From NCBI RefSeq assembly GCF_009914755.1, contig NC_060939.1: a DNA stretch of 64,000 nucleotides; one strand, 5' to 3'. The position numbers and the translations under genes are program-made. Within the stretch, counting starts at the first letter, position 1; every line of letters starts with the position of its first letter. Below, in pieces: positions 1 to 29,532 of this stretch. The DNA is from the human T2T-CHM13v2.0 reference genome, Homo sapiens. The notes beneath the pieces were generated by a model. That model worked only from the letters and a program-made list of their open reading frames with translations, searched no databases and had not been told where the DNA came from.

Positions 1-312
<312 letters not shown>

Positions 313-939
313 ATTTTCAAAGCTGTTCGAGGGCATTTATCAGGCTTTTAACTCTAGGTACTCTTTCCCACAGTGTGAAGGCCAAGAGAAGGGATCCTGG
401 GCTCTCTTCCCTGGCCCCAGGATGGGAATTCAGGGGGAAAAGGTCACCTATTCTCCTATTCTTATCCCACAAAAGAAAACTTATGCATCAGTTGTCAAGC
501 TAAGGAGCTTCAGAGTCCACAAATAGGGAAATTGCTAAGAGCTTATCAGTAGTGTCCACTACCCATCCCCACCTGGGGTCACGTGGAGAATGATGGTGGG
601 GGCGACGATCTTGTCCTACTTCAGGTGAAAAGCAGGGGTGTGGGGGGGTTTCATTGTGAAGGGCTCCTTTGTTAAAATTCCTTCCAATTCCAGGAAAAAC
701 ATGCACTCGAAAGCCATTATCTCTTTTACTTCTTACTAGGGAACTTCCAGGAAAGAGACGGGGGGGGCGGGTGGGGAAGAAGAGGGCAAAACAGCTGCAG
801 TGAATGTAGTCACCTCTCCGATTGCTTTTCTTGTTGCAGAATATTTCACATGCCAGGATTTTCCTTCTTGTCCTCCGGACTGTTGATACACCCAACATCT
901 TAATACGCTTTCAATCACAAGTTAAAGACATCCAGAGCC

Positions 940-4170
<3,231 letters not shown>

Positions 4171-4209
4171 ACCCAGTCCCTTAACGGAAAAACAAAACAA
4201 AAACCACAA

Positions 4210-4390
4210 AGATTAGCCAGACCTGGTGGGCCCCCCTGGGTAGTCCCAGCTACTCTGAAGGCTGATGCAGGAGGATTGCTTGAGCCCGGGGTGGAGGTGG
4301 CAGTGAGCCATGATGGCGCTGCTGCAGTCCAGACTGGGTGACAGAGCAGGACTGTGTCTCAGGAAAAGGGAAAGGAAAAAAAGAATAATA
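4210..4390 (+). mobile_element. Alu right monomer (AluJ-like)
   Basis: gtagtcccagctactc...gcagtgagccatgat with an A-rich tail. Confidence 0.75.
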
Positions 4391-5168
4391 AAAAGAAGTA
4401 TATAAAATTGCTAAATCCAGGAACAGCTTCACAGTATATTGAGAGAAATAGAGGCAAAGGTTAGCAGACACCAATGTTCACTTAGTGGAACTGCAGGTGT
4501 CCCCAGACAGGAGGCTGCTACTTTTCCAACAGAAATCTATTATTGACCAAAAAAAGTTAGTTTGTTACAATATACAAATAGCTAAACTTTATATAGCCAC
4601 GACCCTCTTCTAGCACTGCTCTAAGCCTTTTCCTGCTCTGGAATAGCTACTATTGTTACCTCCATTGTAGAGAAAACAGATGGGGGAGGTTGTTGTGGAA
4701 GGACCAGGGAAACTGACTATGAAATTGACTTGTAAGTTTAGGACTTAAAGGTTCTTCCTGCTTTGCTCCTTACATTGCCACATTTTAGTTAACATACCTC
4801 TTAAAATACTGGTCCTTTCTGTATTTGGAGGGACTCCTCTTGCAGTTTGAAGTTTTTTCTTACACTAAGCATCTGGTTAGAAGATCATCTCCATTTTATG
4901 TCAGTTTAAGTTTAGACATTGTTCAGTAAGGAATGTAAATATGAGCAAACAGTTATCTGATTGAAATAGATAAACTAGAAAAAAAATCACCTATGAGAAA
5001 GTCAACAAAATGTCAACTCTGGATTTGTGGCTATTTTCAGAATATTAATTTTTTGATATTTAATGGCATTGTGAATATATTTATTTTTAAGAATTCCTTG
5101 TCTTCTACAGATACATATAAGGTAATTAAAAATGATAGGATGTATAGGTTTTACTTCAAAATAATTCA

Positions 5169-5606
<438 letters not shown>

Positions 5607-6832
5607 TCATTTATTATATATAATATATATATTATTTTTCTCAACTTTTTTTTACATCTGAAACTTTCTATTGAACACATGGACATGTCCCTTGATAACT
5701 GGGGCTGCTTCCCCATTATTCTCTCAGCAGCCCTTCTGATTTTCACTCCATCTTCATTCTTAGAGATTCTGGATTTTATTTTTTTTTTTTTGGGAAGTTC
5801 AAGTATGTCTTTGCAAGGATTATCCAGCGTGTCTACCTACTCAATCATATTATCAGAAACAGAAAAAGTGTCCAGATTCTTGTCTTGTCCTGTTCAGATT
5901 TTTTAAATTCCAAGAACAGTCACCTTCTACCAGACACTCTGATGTTGGAAGACAAAGCATATTTGGTAAGTGGCGTGATTTCTGGGCTCCGATTTAGAAC
6001 AGTCACAGCTTTCAACAATCCAAAAATAGCTGACTGTGACTCACCATATTTAGAAAGATGGAGATTATTAAAAAAAGAAAACCTTAATTTATCATGTGAC
6101 CTCTAAGTATCTCGGCTGAAAATTGTAAAGATAGAAAGGTAAATCAAAAGATACAGAGACTGTAATCATGCACTTAATAAAGCGCTAAATCAAAATATAT
6201 TTGGCATATGTGAAAGAGTTTAATTTTATCCCATTTTCTACTGGCACTATAGGTATTTGTAAGTACATATAAAACTACAGTGTTACATATAAACTACCAA
6301 AAAAGAACTTAAGAAACGAGACTAATCTAGCAACTTTATTTAAAAGTTTATCTTAAGGGAATAATTAAGGATGTCCATACAAAAGGATTTAGCCATGACA
6401 CGAGAATGTTCTTCCTGGCAAATCAATGGAAATTATTAAATGTGCAAAAGGGAACTGTTGGAATAAATTCTAATGCCTTCATATGATCGTATGTCGTAAC
6501 CTTTTAAAATGATATTAAAGAGTTGCATACATTGACTTAAACAGATATTCATAACACATCACTGAATAGGAGAAATACGGGCCAGCAAAGAACATAGAGT
6601 TGGTCCAATTTCTACAAAAAAAAGAAGACTAATAGCATGACAGCAGGGAAGGGGGAATATGTCAATGTATGTGTGTATATATATATGTATGCATAGCAAG
6701 TATGAACTTGAAAGGATATATATCAAATTGTTTACACAGATTACCTCAGAGAGGTAAATAACTGGCCTTTGGTGTTCTGTGTTCCATAGATTCTGAATTT
6801 TCTTTTTTTATTTAAATAGAGATGGGATCTTA

Positions 6833-7421
6833 GCCAGGAGCAGTGGCTCACACCTGTAATCCCAGCACTTTGGGAGGCTGAGGAGGGCGGATTGCTTAAG
6901 GCCAGGAGTTGAAGACCAATCTGGCCAACATGGCAAAACTCTGTCTCTACTAAAAATCCAAAAATTAGCCAGGCGCAGTGGCTTATGCCTATAACCCCAG
7001 GTACTCGGGAGGCTGAGGCATAAGAATTGCTTGAACCAGGAGGCGGAGGTTGCAGTGAGCAGAGATTGCACCACTGCACTCCAGCTTAGGCAACAGACCG
7101 AGACTCTGTCAAAAAATAAAAACAAAACAAAACACCACCACCAACAACAAAACAGTAATAAAGAGAAAATCTTATGGACAGGAGCAATGTCTCATGCCTG
7201 TAACCCCAGTGCTTTGGGAGGCCAAGATGGGAGAATCGCTTGAGCCCAGGAGTTCAAGACCAGCATGGGCAACATAGCAAGACCTTTTCTCTACAAAAAA
7301 TTTAAAAATTAGCCAGGCATAGTAGTGCATGCTTATACTCCCAGCTACCTGGGAGGCTGAGGTGGGAGGATCACTTGAGCATGAGAGTTGGAGGTTGCAG
7401 TGAACTGTGATCACACCACTG
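6833..7421 (+). mobile_element. Two adjacent Alus (6833-7135 AluS; 7176-7421 AluJ, 3' truncated)
   Basis: Alu consensus motifs. Confidence 0.85.
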
Positions 7422-7994
7422 GGAAGCCATGACCCCATCCCTGCCTTCTTCCTCTGTCCTATGCTAGCAATAAGTAAGTTTCCCAGCCACAAATAATTAT
7501 TAGAACCTCCTCCCCATGTGCCACCTCCAACCACCGCTAGGTATGATACAGGGGTGGCCCTACCCTCTGGAATATACAAAACCTTACACAGACACAATAT
7601 ATACACCGGGGAAGGGGGGCCACCCCAGCAGCCCGTGCCTTCGCCTGGTCCACAGTTAGCCCCACTGTCCTGCCTCAGCTACCTCTCTGAATAAGAAGAT
7701 TGGAGCCCCCACTGAGGGAAAAGTTGCTGTGGTGAGAGTAAGGAGGCCATGAGGCCTCCTCCAAACAAACCAACTCCACCAGCCTCTGGCTCTTAAATAA
7801 CAATATCATCCAGAAATTTAAGGACTCAGCTCTGGTCAAGGTGGCAAAGGGTCTGTTTGTCTTTCCTCGTTAGACAGAGGTCTTGTCCTGCTACCCTAAT
7901 TGTAAAGGGGTGACTGGGAAGGGGAGATAGGGACAGTGTGGTGGTGGAGACCCCGGCCCCACTTCTCCAGGCTTTGCTGACAGGGGCCTGCTTT
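7422..7994 (-). other. GOLGA2-like 3'UTR remnant
   Basis: Minus strand reads TAAAAGCAGGCCCCTGTCAGCAAAGCCTGGAGAAGTGGGGC..., resembling the start of the GOLGA2 3'UTR and the GOLGA6L copy at ~50808 (taaaagccggcagcaaggcctggagaag). Confidence 0.6.
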
Positions 7995-10900
7995 TAATTT
8001 TAATTTTTATTTTTATCCCATGCCTTTTTTTTTAAATCCCATAACTTCTTTTTCATAACTTTTTTTGGTAACTTTTCATAAAACTTTCTTCTACTTTTTG
8101 GTCACAAGATTTTTTTGCCACAACTTTTTTACATTTTTTATCCCATAACTTTTTCACCCCATAACTTTTGTTAATCCCATAACTTTTTTATTTTGTGTTC
8201 TTTTAATAAACCCTTGCATAGTTATATTACAATTTTGTAAAAATGAAACATTATCTCATGCCAAGCATGCCCAGCATTTGCACAGTATCAATACCTTTAA
8301 TACTATATTTTTGAAGACACACAGAATAAAATTTTAAGGCAAAAACAGCACTTTGCAACAACTTAATAATTTATTACATTACAGTAGCATCACACCAGCA
8401 GTCAATAATGCCACTTTAGGCAAAAGTCTTTCAGTATTTCCGTTTTACATTCCGCTTACAAGAATTCATAAATTGGTAAAATTCATTCTAAGAAAACTTG
8501 GCAAATAAAGCTTTGGACTGGAATTGGCATTTCTTTCTCTACTTTTCCTTCCCACCGTTTATTTCCTTTACAGTATTCATATTTTAAAATGTTTTAACTT
8601 ATTTCAGAACATTAAGATAGCAGTTACATTGTTTAATAGTTATTTTAAAATGACTCTTTCAGATAAAGTTTTAGAGAAACTATAGTATGGATAGGGCTGA
8701 TTTACATTTTCAAATTTTCTAAAAATCAGCTTTGGTTTTAGAGCTGATTTTTGTTCATTTCTGGAAAACCTATCAGATTTAATCCAATACTTTAAAAATG
8801 ATTATTATATATTGCAATCTTTAAATCGGTGATTTGATTCTTCCTACAGAAATTCAAATTTATTGAATTGAACTCACATTTTAGAATTCTGTTTCTGATG
8901 AACTCTAACCTTCCAATGTTGCCCTCTAAGCAAATTGAAAGCTGCCTTATACCGAATGAGGAAGAATACCAATACTTGGCTGAATGAGGTATCGCAAAAG
9001 ACTGCATGCACTTTGAAGAAAGACTTAAGTTATAGTCATGCGATTTCCATTCTTTTTAGCTTTTTCTTCAATATACGACAAATATCTACACAAAGAGTGG
9101 TATTTCCGTTAATACAGTCAATTTATTTTCCAGATTGACATTCAGCTTAAATATGCCAGTATGTGATTTAATCCACAGGCACCTGATGAACACATTATTG
9201 TCAGATTGGTTACAGATGCTCGTAGTTGTCTTTAAACTGAACTCAAAGAATGCAAAAACATCAAGTTCAGAAAATAAAAGGCAAGGACAGGACTTTAAGT
9301 GCATTTTAAAGCCACGGGCGAGAAATCGTACCACTGTTAACTAGCCGCATTATTTGGTCTAACATTTTTTCTTTATCATTCTGAAACTGGGTTTATCTAA
9401 TACATTGATACATTCATACAATTTGGAAGAGTCCGTTGAAGTCACAAGGACCCGATGTTTGCACTCTTTCAGTGATTGCCGGCAAATCTGTTATTCCATC
9501 GGCAAAATCGTACTGCTGCTCTCCTGTTAATGTCGTATTTATAAAAGTATCATGAGGATGCCAAATGCTAAAAATGGAGATGGTCTAGTAACTAGAAATC
9601 CCCACCCCAGGGAGCACACATACATATCTCCCTACATCCTAATAATGTGATGTGTTTTGGAACACAGACATTAGAACTTCATGAAGTTTTAACTGTTGAG
9701 TCTTTCCCAAGCATCATCAAGTTATGATTTAGGCAATGTACAACTGAAATTCATTCATTCATCATGCATAGGCACAATCACATAAATACTGCACAAAATA
9801 TGCCCGTAAGTGAAACCCAGAGGTACAGAAACACATTTCACTCTTCACAAAGAAGTTTGTGAGGAAATATAACTCTGTGATTGTATAGACATGTTTCCTG
9901 ATAATACACTGACATTCACCAACAGTAGATTGCACTGCAGTTTGTACACATTTTAAGTTGCATAAACTTCTCCTTGATTTTCAAAGATAGTATAATACTG
10001 TCTACTAAAACTCCTTTTTGTTTCAACTAAGCACTCTCACATATATTAGTTTATAACAATGTTTATTATTATTTCAAAGTGTTTTCCATTCAAGGAAAAG
10101 AAGTCAATTCCTATGTCAAAGTAACCAAGGTGGTTGAAGAATAGGCAGAGTGGTCTAGATGGTAAAATCAATCTTCAAGCCTCAAAGAAGCTCCATGAAC
10201 AGAGGAATGCCAGGTGTCACACAGCTTTCCTTCACTCTAATTCATTCTTGACTAGAGCCTGTATGCCTGTTCCAGGGACATTTGAACTCTTAAAGGATTT
10301 CTTCTGATCTTTACTAAATACATTAAGAAGAATGCCAACCAGTGCCCTTTTGTGTACTGGGACATGCAGTCATGTGATTAAAACAGGTAACATGAACTCT
10401 GACTTTAAAATATAGATACAAATGCTCTAAGCTAGGAAAGGTTTTCCACATCCGTAGTCAATGATGGGAACCTTTCATTCCTCAGAAATAAGCCCTTTTT
10501 AGGTCATCAAAAAAGAGTACAACTGCTGAAGCTCATGATGCAATATCTTCATGAGCCCAGAGCACATACAAATCCTAAAGGAACTACAATAGTACAGCAC
10601 TAATTCTTGGCAACAGAACAAATGAAACACACTCTATCTTGCACATACCTGCCAGAGCAGGCAACTTTCCTCTTCTGTGAAATTTAAAAAGCTCCCCCAA
10701 AATGTTATTACTCCCATCACCAATACACAGAAAATGAGGGAAAGGCTGTTTCCAGTTCTCGGCCTTTAAACAACTCTAAATGTCAGTACTCTTGGTGGCA
10801 TATTACAAAGTATTAAATAGTGCACACTTGGGGCAAACCACATATTGTGCTAATGAAGAGCTCACTGTGATTAAGATTAGATCAAACAACAGCAGAACAT

Positions 10901-11290
10901 AGGCACATTTTATCTGAATTCTGTAATGAATATACATGCTGCAATAACATTAAAAACACATGGCAGCCTATTCCAAACCAGCAAGAATAGTTTTGTGCAA
11001 ATAGTGGGTCTTTGTGTGTTTGAACTCCCACCACGTAAGGGCAAACTCAATATGCATGCTAATGACCTACAATTATGAAATTGAAAAAGAAAATTGCGAA
11101 AGTATGCCAGAGTGAACATCAGTGAAAGCCACAGAGACCCACTCTCTTTTAACTATTTACAAATAAACTTAAACTATAAATTAGAAACACAAATAATCAT
11201 AAGTGGCTATAACATTCAAACGAAGTAAATGAATTGTGTAGGAGATTAACCCCATAACTTTGTTTCTTTTTTAAAAATTTCTTCAGCAGC
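7995..11290 (-). other. Long AT-rich 3'UTR insert of GOLGA8 (the chr15 core-duplicon segment, reported to derive from the ITSN2/SH3P18 3'UTR)
   Basis: Repeat-free AT-rich ~3.3 kb lying between the GOLGA8 stop and GOLGA2-like 3'UTR sequence. The ITSN2 origin is recalled knowledge, not verified here. Confidence 0.6.
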
Positions 11291-11309
11291 TCTTTGACGA
11301 TGGTGATGT

Positions 11310-21646
<10,337 letters not shown>

Positions 21647-21699
21647 CAGCAAAATCCCACCAAGCACTGATCAACACCTCCAGTCACCTACCAGGTAGC

Positions 21700-21950
21700 T
21701 GTGCGACTGAGCCAGAGGAGGCGTAACCAGGGATGCAGTAGAAGGCAGAATAGGGGCGTGGCCTTAATGCTCCAAGCCCATTGGTTAATGAGAAAGATGA
21801 AAGGGAAAGGGGGCGTGGCCAGGCATCATGTGTCCAGAGGGACCTTTGGCTCACAAGGAAAGCTGCCCAGGCAACCACTGTCCCCACCCACCCTAAGAGA
21901 GGGGAGAGGCCGCCAACTCTGGGAGAGGGGCAGGGCCGGCTTTTGCTTTA
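21700..21950 (-). promoter_or_regulatory. GOLGA8 proximal promoter (CCAAT and GC/GT boxes)
   Basis: attgg (CCAAT on minus) at ~21780; ggggcgtggc boxes at ~21753 and ~21809; mirrored by the homologous block upstream of GOLGA6L. Confidence 0.6.
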
Positions 21951-22329
21951 AAAGCTTTTAAAAATATATATATGTGTATACTTTATATATATGTGTGTCT
22001 GTGTGTGTGTACCTGTGTGTTCCTCCAGAGCTGTCTTCATGATCCAGCTTCTATGCAAGGTCTATGATTTTGGCCTATATTTTTCATAGAGTACAAAAAT
22101 TACCAGTATTACCTTAACCGAGATACAGATCCTATGAAAATGGAAAATCCATAGCATGCTTGATGATTACTGAAGCAGACTATATTATCCAACATTCCAA
22201 TAAGATAAAATAATCACAATGACTTCTCTTTTTTGGAAAAATGTTTCTCTTATTCTCCTACGTTATTGTGAAGACTTTTTTTCTTAAACAAGAAACATGT
22301 GTAATATTTGTAAAAACACAAAGCTTTTG

Positions 22330-22658
<329 letters not shown>

Positions 22659-23192
22659 CTAATATAATTTTAATATCTCCTCCTGGGATTTCACTAAGAC
22701 ACATTTTGGACCTCATTCTGATCTTCCTCTCCCCTCCAAGCCCACCAACTTCTGCCCTATCATCTATCCTCATGTCTCTCTGTGTGACATGCTGACTTAC
22801 TTTTTGGAGAGAATCGCCTAAACAATTAATTCTTTCTTCTCGTGTCTAATCCATCCACTAGTTTCTTATTTCAACAATTACATTTTTATTTCCTTATTTC
22901 ATTTTATTCTGAGACTGAGTCTCATTCTGTCACACAGGCTGAATTGCAGTGGTACGAACCTGCAGACTCGGCCTCCTGGGCTCAAGTGATCCTCCCACCT
23001 CAGCCTCTTGAGTAGCTGGGACTATAGGCAGGTGCCCCATACCCAGCTAATACCATACCCACACAGCAGAGACATAAAAGATTTCCATCCTCAAAGAAGG
23101 TTCCATTGAACAGCACTGCTCTAATTCAATAAAAAATACCACTGAGCACAACATAGTAATAGAAAAGATTGAAGAGGCAGTGCTGATACTTA

Positions 23193-23520
<328 letters not shown>

Positions 23521-23997
23521 CACCTGATATTTATTTTTAAGTACACTATTTTCAAACATTCAGAAGTTATTTCATCCTACCTTCATGGTTTCCATTCTAT
23601 GCCTGGTTTAGAATTGGGATCTGATAAAATAAACGTGTTCAACAGAACCACTTCTCATGGCTGTATAACAGATGATCAATATGTATTTGCTGAGGAAATT
23701 ATACAATTTTCTTAATTTTTTTTAACAAAAATTGTGGTTTCAAGGGACCAAACTTGAATACTACACCTTCATGTTCTAAGAATCAGGGGACTTATATAAA
23801 ACCTCAGTTGCCTGATAAGGACTACATCAAAGTGAAAAGCCATGGGAAAGAACTAGAAAGTATACTTTTGACCCTAGTTCTGTAAAGTTTCCTTATGCCA
23901 CAGGTAATACACATCGCAATTCCTGCCAAATTCTTTCCCTCACCTCTGTTTATGGTCTCGATTCCATAAATAGGAGAAGGGCATGAATTTGCTTTAG

Positions 23998-24115
23998 TTA
24001 GATAGACAGATAGATGGATAGATAGATAGATGGATGGATGGATGGATGGATAGATAGATAGACAGAGATAAAGACAGAGACAAAGATGGAGACAGAGATG
24101 GACATAGAGACAGAT
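23998..24115. repeat. (GATA)n/(GATG)n/(GACAGA)n compound microsatellite
   Basis: Directly visible. Confidence 0.9.
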
Positions 24116-24299
24116 TTGCAGAAGATAAGTTCTAGGTGAACTAGTGTCAACATTAAAGTGGTATGCCTACATCTAACTATTCTGGAGAGAAAAACATACC
24201 TCAAAGAAATTGACTTAAATATATACAGAGAAAAAGTTTAAGCTGAAAGCTACTGCCTTTTTATATGAGACACTTTAGGAAATTACTTGGGGGGCAAGA

Positions 24300-24605
24300 G
24301 AGAAAATGGGTGGACATAGCTCAGAGGTTACACAGTAGCAGATATGTAGGATGAACAAGCCTAGAAATATAATGTACAACGCGAGAAATATAGGTAATAA
24401 AATTGTGCTGTATTTGGGATTCACGCTAAATGAGATTTTAAGCTCCTCTTGCCACCAAACAAAAAGAAAACGGGTAACTATCTGAGTTGAAGGATACGTT
24501 AATTTGCTTCACTGTAGTAATTTTTTTTTAACCATCTATATGCATCCCATAAAATCATGTTGTATACCTTAAATACACAGAATACAATTTATTTAACATA
24601 AAAAA
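24300..24605 (+). mobile_element. L1M (L1MA/MB) 3' end
   Basis: gtaggatgaacaagcctaga...aatcatgttgtataccttaaatacac followed by an A-rich end. Confidence 0.75.
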
Positions 24606-24849
24606 CTACTCCAATATTTTCTGCATTTTTAATATGCTCACCCAAAGAAAGCATTAATTTGCATCTTTGATGTTAAACAGATAGCCTAATCAAGTCACTA
24701 TCAAGATCAAGACTAAAAGTTACAGCTTTTTTCTTTTGATGCCTTTCAGATATATCTATTTATATATAAAAATATATATACACACACACATACATACACA
24801 CACACATATATATGTAGTTATGTGTGTGTGTATATATAGTTACAGTTTT

Positions 24850-25146
24850 GGCCAGGTGCAATGGCTGACACCTGTAATCTCAGCCCTTTGGGAGACCAAG
24901 GCTGAAGACTTGCTTGAGGCCAGGAGTTTGAGACCAGCCTGGGCAACGAAGCAAGACCCTATCTCTACAATTTTTTTTTTTTAACAAAATTAGCCAGGGA
25001 TGATGGCATGCACTTGTAGTCCCAGATACTTGGGAGGCTGAGGCGGAGGATCCCTTGAGCCCAGGAGTTCAAAGCTGCAATGGGCTGTTACTGTGCCACT
25101 GGATCCCAGTCTGAGCAACAGAGCAAGACTTTGTCTCAAAAACAAA
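24850..25146 (+). mobile_element. AluJ preceded by a (TA)/(CA)/(TG) microsatellite
   Basis: Alu dimer. Confidence 0.85.
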
Positions 25147-25635
25147 ATTTATAATTAAAGATAAATAGTTATAGTTTTATGAACCTTGACTGCAACTGAG
25201 GGAAAATCCCGTAATTGGCAAAATGAATTCTGCCTGCTTGCAAAACTTCTGACTAATACGGAATGAATAATAGGAAGCCCATATTAGAGGATCCACATCA
25301 GTTAAAAAGTTTCCAAATAAGAGTGACTCTGAGTTCTGCAGAGTGAAAAGATTGGGTTCAAACCAAACACTTGCAAGATCTTGAGTAAGATACTTAATCC
25401 CTCTGTGACTCACTGTTCTCAAATGTAAGTGAAGATAATTTGTAACTCAAAAAAAATGAAAAAGTTTTCTCTAAGATTGCAAATCCTAAGGATAATTTCA
25501 TTTTAATATCAGTTATTTAGTCTGGATACACCATAATGCAGACTAATTTTCCCTCTGCTTAAAGACCACACAAAAACATTACCAATAAAATTTACTTGTG
25601 TATCAACTTTTACTCCTGAGACTTCATCGTTTGTT

Positions 25636-25666
<31 letters not shown>

Positions 25667-25675
25667 GCGCACTAG

Positions 25676-26175
<500 letters not shown>

Positions 26176-26406
26176 CCCTGTTACACTATTCTTGGCCCCT
26201 CAAGTGACTGTATGAATTTTAGGATCAGCCTCTCGAGTTCCACAAAAAAATTCTATTGGGATTTGTGTAGGAATTTCTTGAATTTATAGATTAATTTGTT
26301 GAGAAGTAGTATGTTTATAGCATTGAGTCCTACGATTCATAATATATATGGCATGTATTTCAGTTTAGTCAGTTCTTCCTTTAAGTCCCTGGGTAATTTT
26401 TATATT

Positions 26407-26796
26407 TGTCTTAGTCCCTTCATAGTGCTATAACAAAACACCTGAGACTGGGTAATTTACACAGAGCAGAAGTTTATTTTCTCAGTTCTGGAGGTTGGGA
26501 AGAACAAGATCAAGACTCCAGCAGACACAGTGTCTAGTGAGGGCCTGGTCTCTGCTTCCAAGATGGTACGTTGAATGCTGCTTCCTCTGGAGCAGGCAAA
26601 TGCTATGTTCTCATGAGGCAGAAGGGACAGATTTACCACCACCCACAAGCCCTTTTATAAGGAAGGCACTAATCTCATGCATGAGGGCTCACCCTTATGT
26701 CTTAATCACTTCTTAAAGGCCCCACTTCTTAGTACTATCATCTTGGGAATTAAGTTTTAATACATGAATTTTGGGAGACACATTCAGGCTATGGCA
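26407..26796 (-). mobile_element. MaLR solo LTR (MST-type) inserted in an antisense L1 fragment
   Basis: tgtcttagtcc...gctataacaaaacacctgagactgggtaattta...ttttgggagacacattcaggctatggca. Confidence 0.8.
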
Positions 26797-26874
26797 ATAC
26801 TCTTCATGAAAGGCCTTGTGTATACTTTGCTAGATATATTCTCAGGGTTTTGTTGCTATTGTGAATAGAATCTC

Positions 26875-27192
26875 TTTTTTTTTTTTTTTTTTTTTTTTTG
26901 CCACGGAGTCTGGCTCCTTTGCCCAGGCTGGAGTGCAGTGGCACGATCTCGGCTCACTGCAAGCTCCGCCCCTCCAGGTTTAAGCAGCCTGTTGCCCAGG
27001 CTGGAATGCAGTAGCATAGTCATAGTTCAATACAGCCTCAAACTCCTGGGCCCAAATGATTCTCTAAGCTAATATTTTTAATTTTTTAGAGATGGAGTTT
27101 CATTCAAGGATCACTAAAGGCCAGTGATCCTCCCGCCTCAGCTTCTGAAATTGCTGGGATTACAGGTGTGATTGAGCCATGGAGCCTGGCCA
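26875..27192 (-). mobile_element. Composite antisense Alu (short AluY-like piece within an older Alu)
   Basis: Two successive gcccaggctgg right-arm ends. Confidence 0.7.
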
Positions 27193-27728
27193 GACATGGG
27201 CTATTGATTCTCGCTGTTACTCTTTTCCCTTTCCTTCTAATCCTTGTATTGGGAAGAAAACAGTATGGAAATTTTATTTCTTCATTTTATTGATACGTAG
27301 ATCTCTGCTTAGAAGACAATTTTAGTTTTAAATTATAAATGTTTTGTTCATTATTCATAGAAAACTAGATTTGCCATGGGATATTTATAAGTGTTGCACG
27401 AATGAAGGGTTTTCTAGTCAAATAAGTTGAAACACATTACGTTAAACAAACTTGGACAGTTTTGTTTCTGGTCAATTTTAGAGTTCTAAATTATGATTCT
27501 ACTCAAGAGGATATTGTATGCGGTATTTTCAAACCAACTCATCCTGCGTCAGGTTGTGGTTACGCTTTGGGAGAGGAAGCTATAATCTTATACTGAGACT
27601 GTAATGAATGTATTAAAGTAATTTTCGTAGCTTTCTCTTTTTGGAGTTACCTGAGAAATTATGACACCCTTTTCCAAACAGGCCAAGCTGCTTTGCAAAC
27701 ACGATTTCCATAATTTTAACAATGGTGA

Positions 27729-28090
<362 letters not shown>

Positions 28091-28753
28091 TCAGTTGGAA
28101 AGAGGGAAGTATTTAGAGTGAAAAACTTTCGGTGGAACACACACAAAAATAGGAAGATCAGGTATAACTGTTCCAAAAAAAAGAGTATGGCAGTATAGAA
28201 GAAAAGGTCTCCATGAAAATGCAGAAGAACAATTTCACAGCTGGTGCTGGCATTTCAGAGACCTTGAGCTGGGAATCAAAAGATGGGAATTTCAGTCTCG
28301 GATGTGCCACTCCTTAGAGGTTTAATATCTACTAAACCCGGCGGGCTCCACTTGGTGGTGTTTGCTATTTAAAAAAACAAAAACATGTGGCAATGATCTT
28401 CCACGTGATTCTGACTTGAGCCCCACCCGAGTCTGCAGACTTACCCTTCCACTGCTTTGCCCTTCAAGTTTGTGCCCATTAGCAAAGAGAAATTTTCTCT
28501 TTGGGATCACTGCTGTGTTGATCTCAGGAATAGTTGGCGTTGAATTTAACATATTTTTCATATGTGTGTGCAATAGGGAGGCTGAGAAACTTGTCTTTTT
28601 TTTAAGGTGTTCATTTTTGGGGTACAGGTAGCAGCCTGCTCTACAATCCACACAGAAGCTGGAAATAGCCTCTAGAGAATTTCCACTTTTAGAGAAGATA
28701 AATTTATACATTTGTATCTAATCAACATTTTTTAGCTAACATAGTAGTCTAAT

Positions 28754-29288
28754 TATACTATGTATAATTATACTATGTATAATTATGGGTACTGAAATGA
28801 CACCTGGCATATGCTGTATGCTGTGTTATATATACATATATATTTACACATATACATATATATTACACATATACATATATATTTACACACATATATTTAC
28901 ACATATACATATATTTACATATTTTACATTTACATTTTACATTTATTTTACATTTTACATTTACATTTGACATTCTACATTTATTTTACATTTACATATT
29001 TTACATTTACAAATATTTACATATTTTACATTTATATATACATATATTTACATACATATATTTACGTACATATTTTTACATACATATTTACATGTGTATA
29101 TATTTACATACATTCACATACATATTTACATATATACTTACATACATACATATTTACATAATATTTACATACACATATTACATACATATATGTACACATA
29201 TACATATATTTACACATATACATATACTATGTATAATTATACTATGTATAATCATGGGTACTGAAATGACACCTGGCATATGCTGTAT
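28754..29288. repeat. ~400-bp TA/CA-rich low-complexity tract bounded by a 66-bp direct repeat
   Basis: Repeat copies at 28754-28819 and 29223-29288, one mismatch. Confidence 0.9.
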
Positions 29289-29304
29289 TTAAAAATGTGA
29301 GGTT

Positions 29305-29532
29305 CAGTGAGAACACATGGACACAGGAAGGGAAACAACACATACTGGGGCCTGTCAGGGCGGGTGGGGGAGGAGCATCAGGAAAAATAGCTAATGCGTG
29401 CTGGGCTTAACACTGAGGTGATGAGTTGATAGGTGGACCAAACCACCATGGCACACGTTTCCCTACGTAACACTCCTGCACATGTACCCTAGAACTTAAA
29501 ACAAAATTTTAAAAATAATAAAAAATAAAAAT
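29305..29532 (+). mobile_element. L1PA 3' end with poly(A)
   Basis: gagaacacatggacacagg...caccatggcacacgttt...cctgcacatgtaccctagaacttaaa. Confidence 0.85.

Noticed and set aside
5660-6060. Possible minus-strand coding remnant (IMGKQPQLSRDMSMCSIES)
   Set aside because: Weakly resembles decayed ancient L1 ORF1; too degenerate to call.
28785-29292. Tyr/Ile/His/Thr-rich ORFs
   Set aside because: Translations of the low-complexity TA/CA tract.
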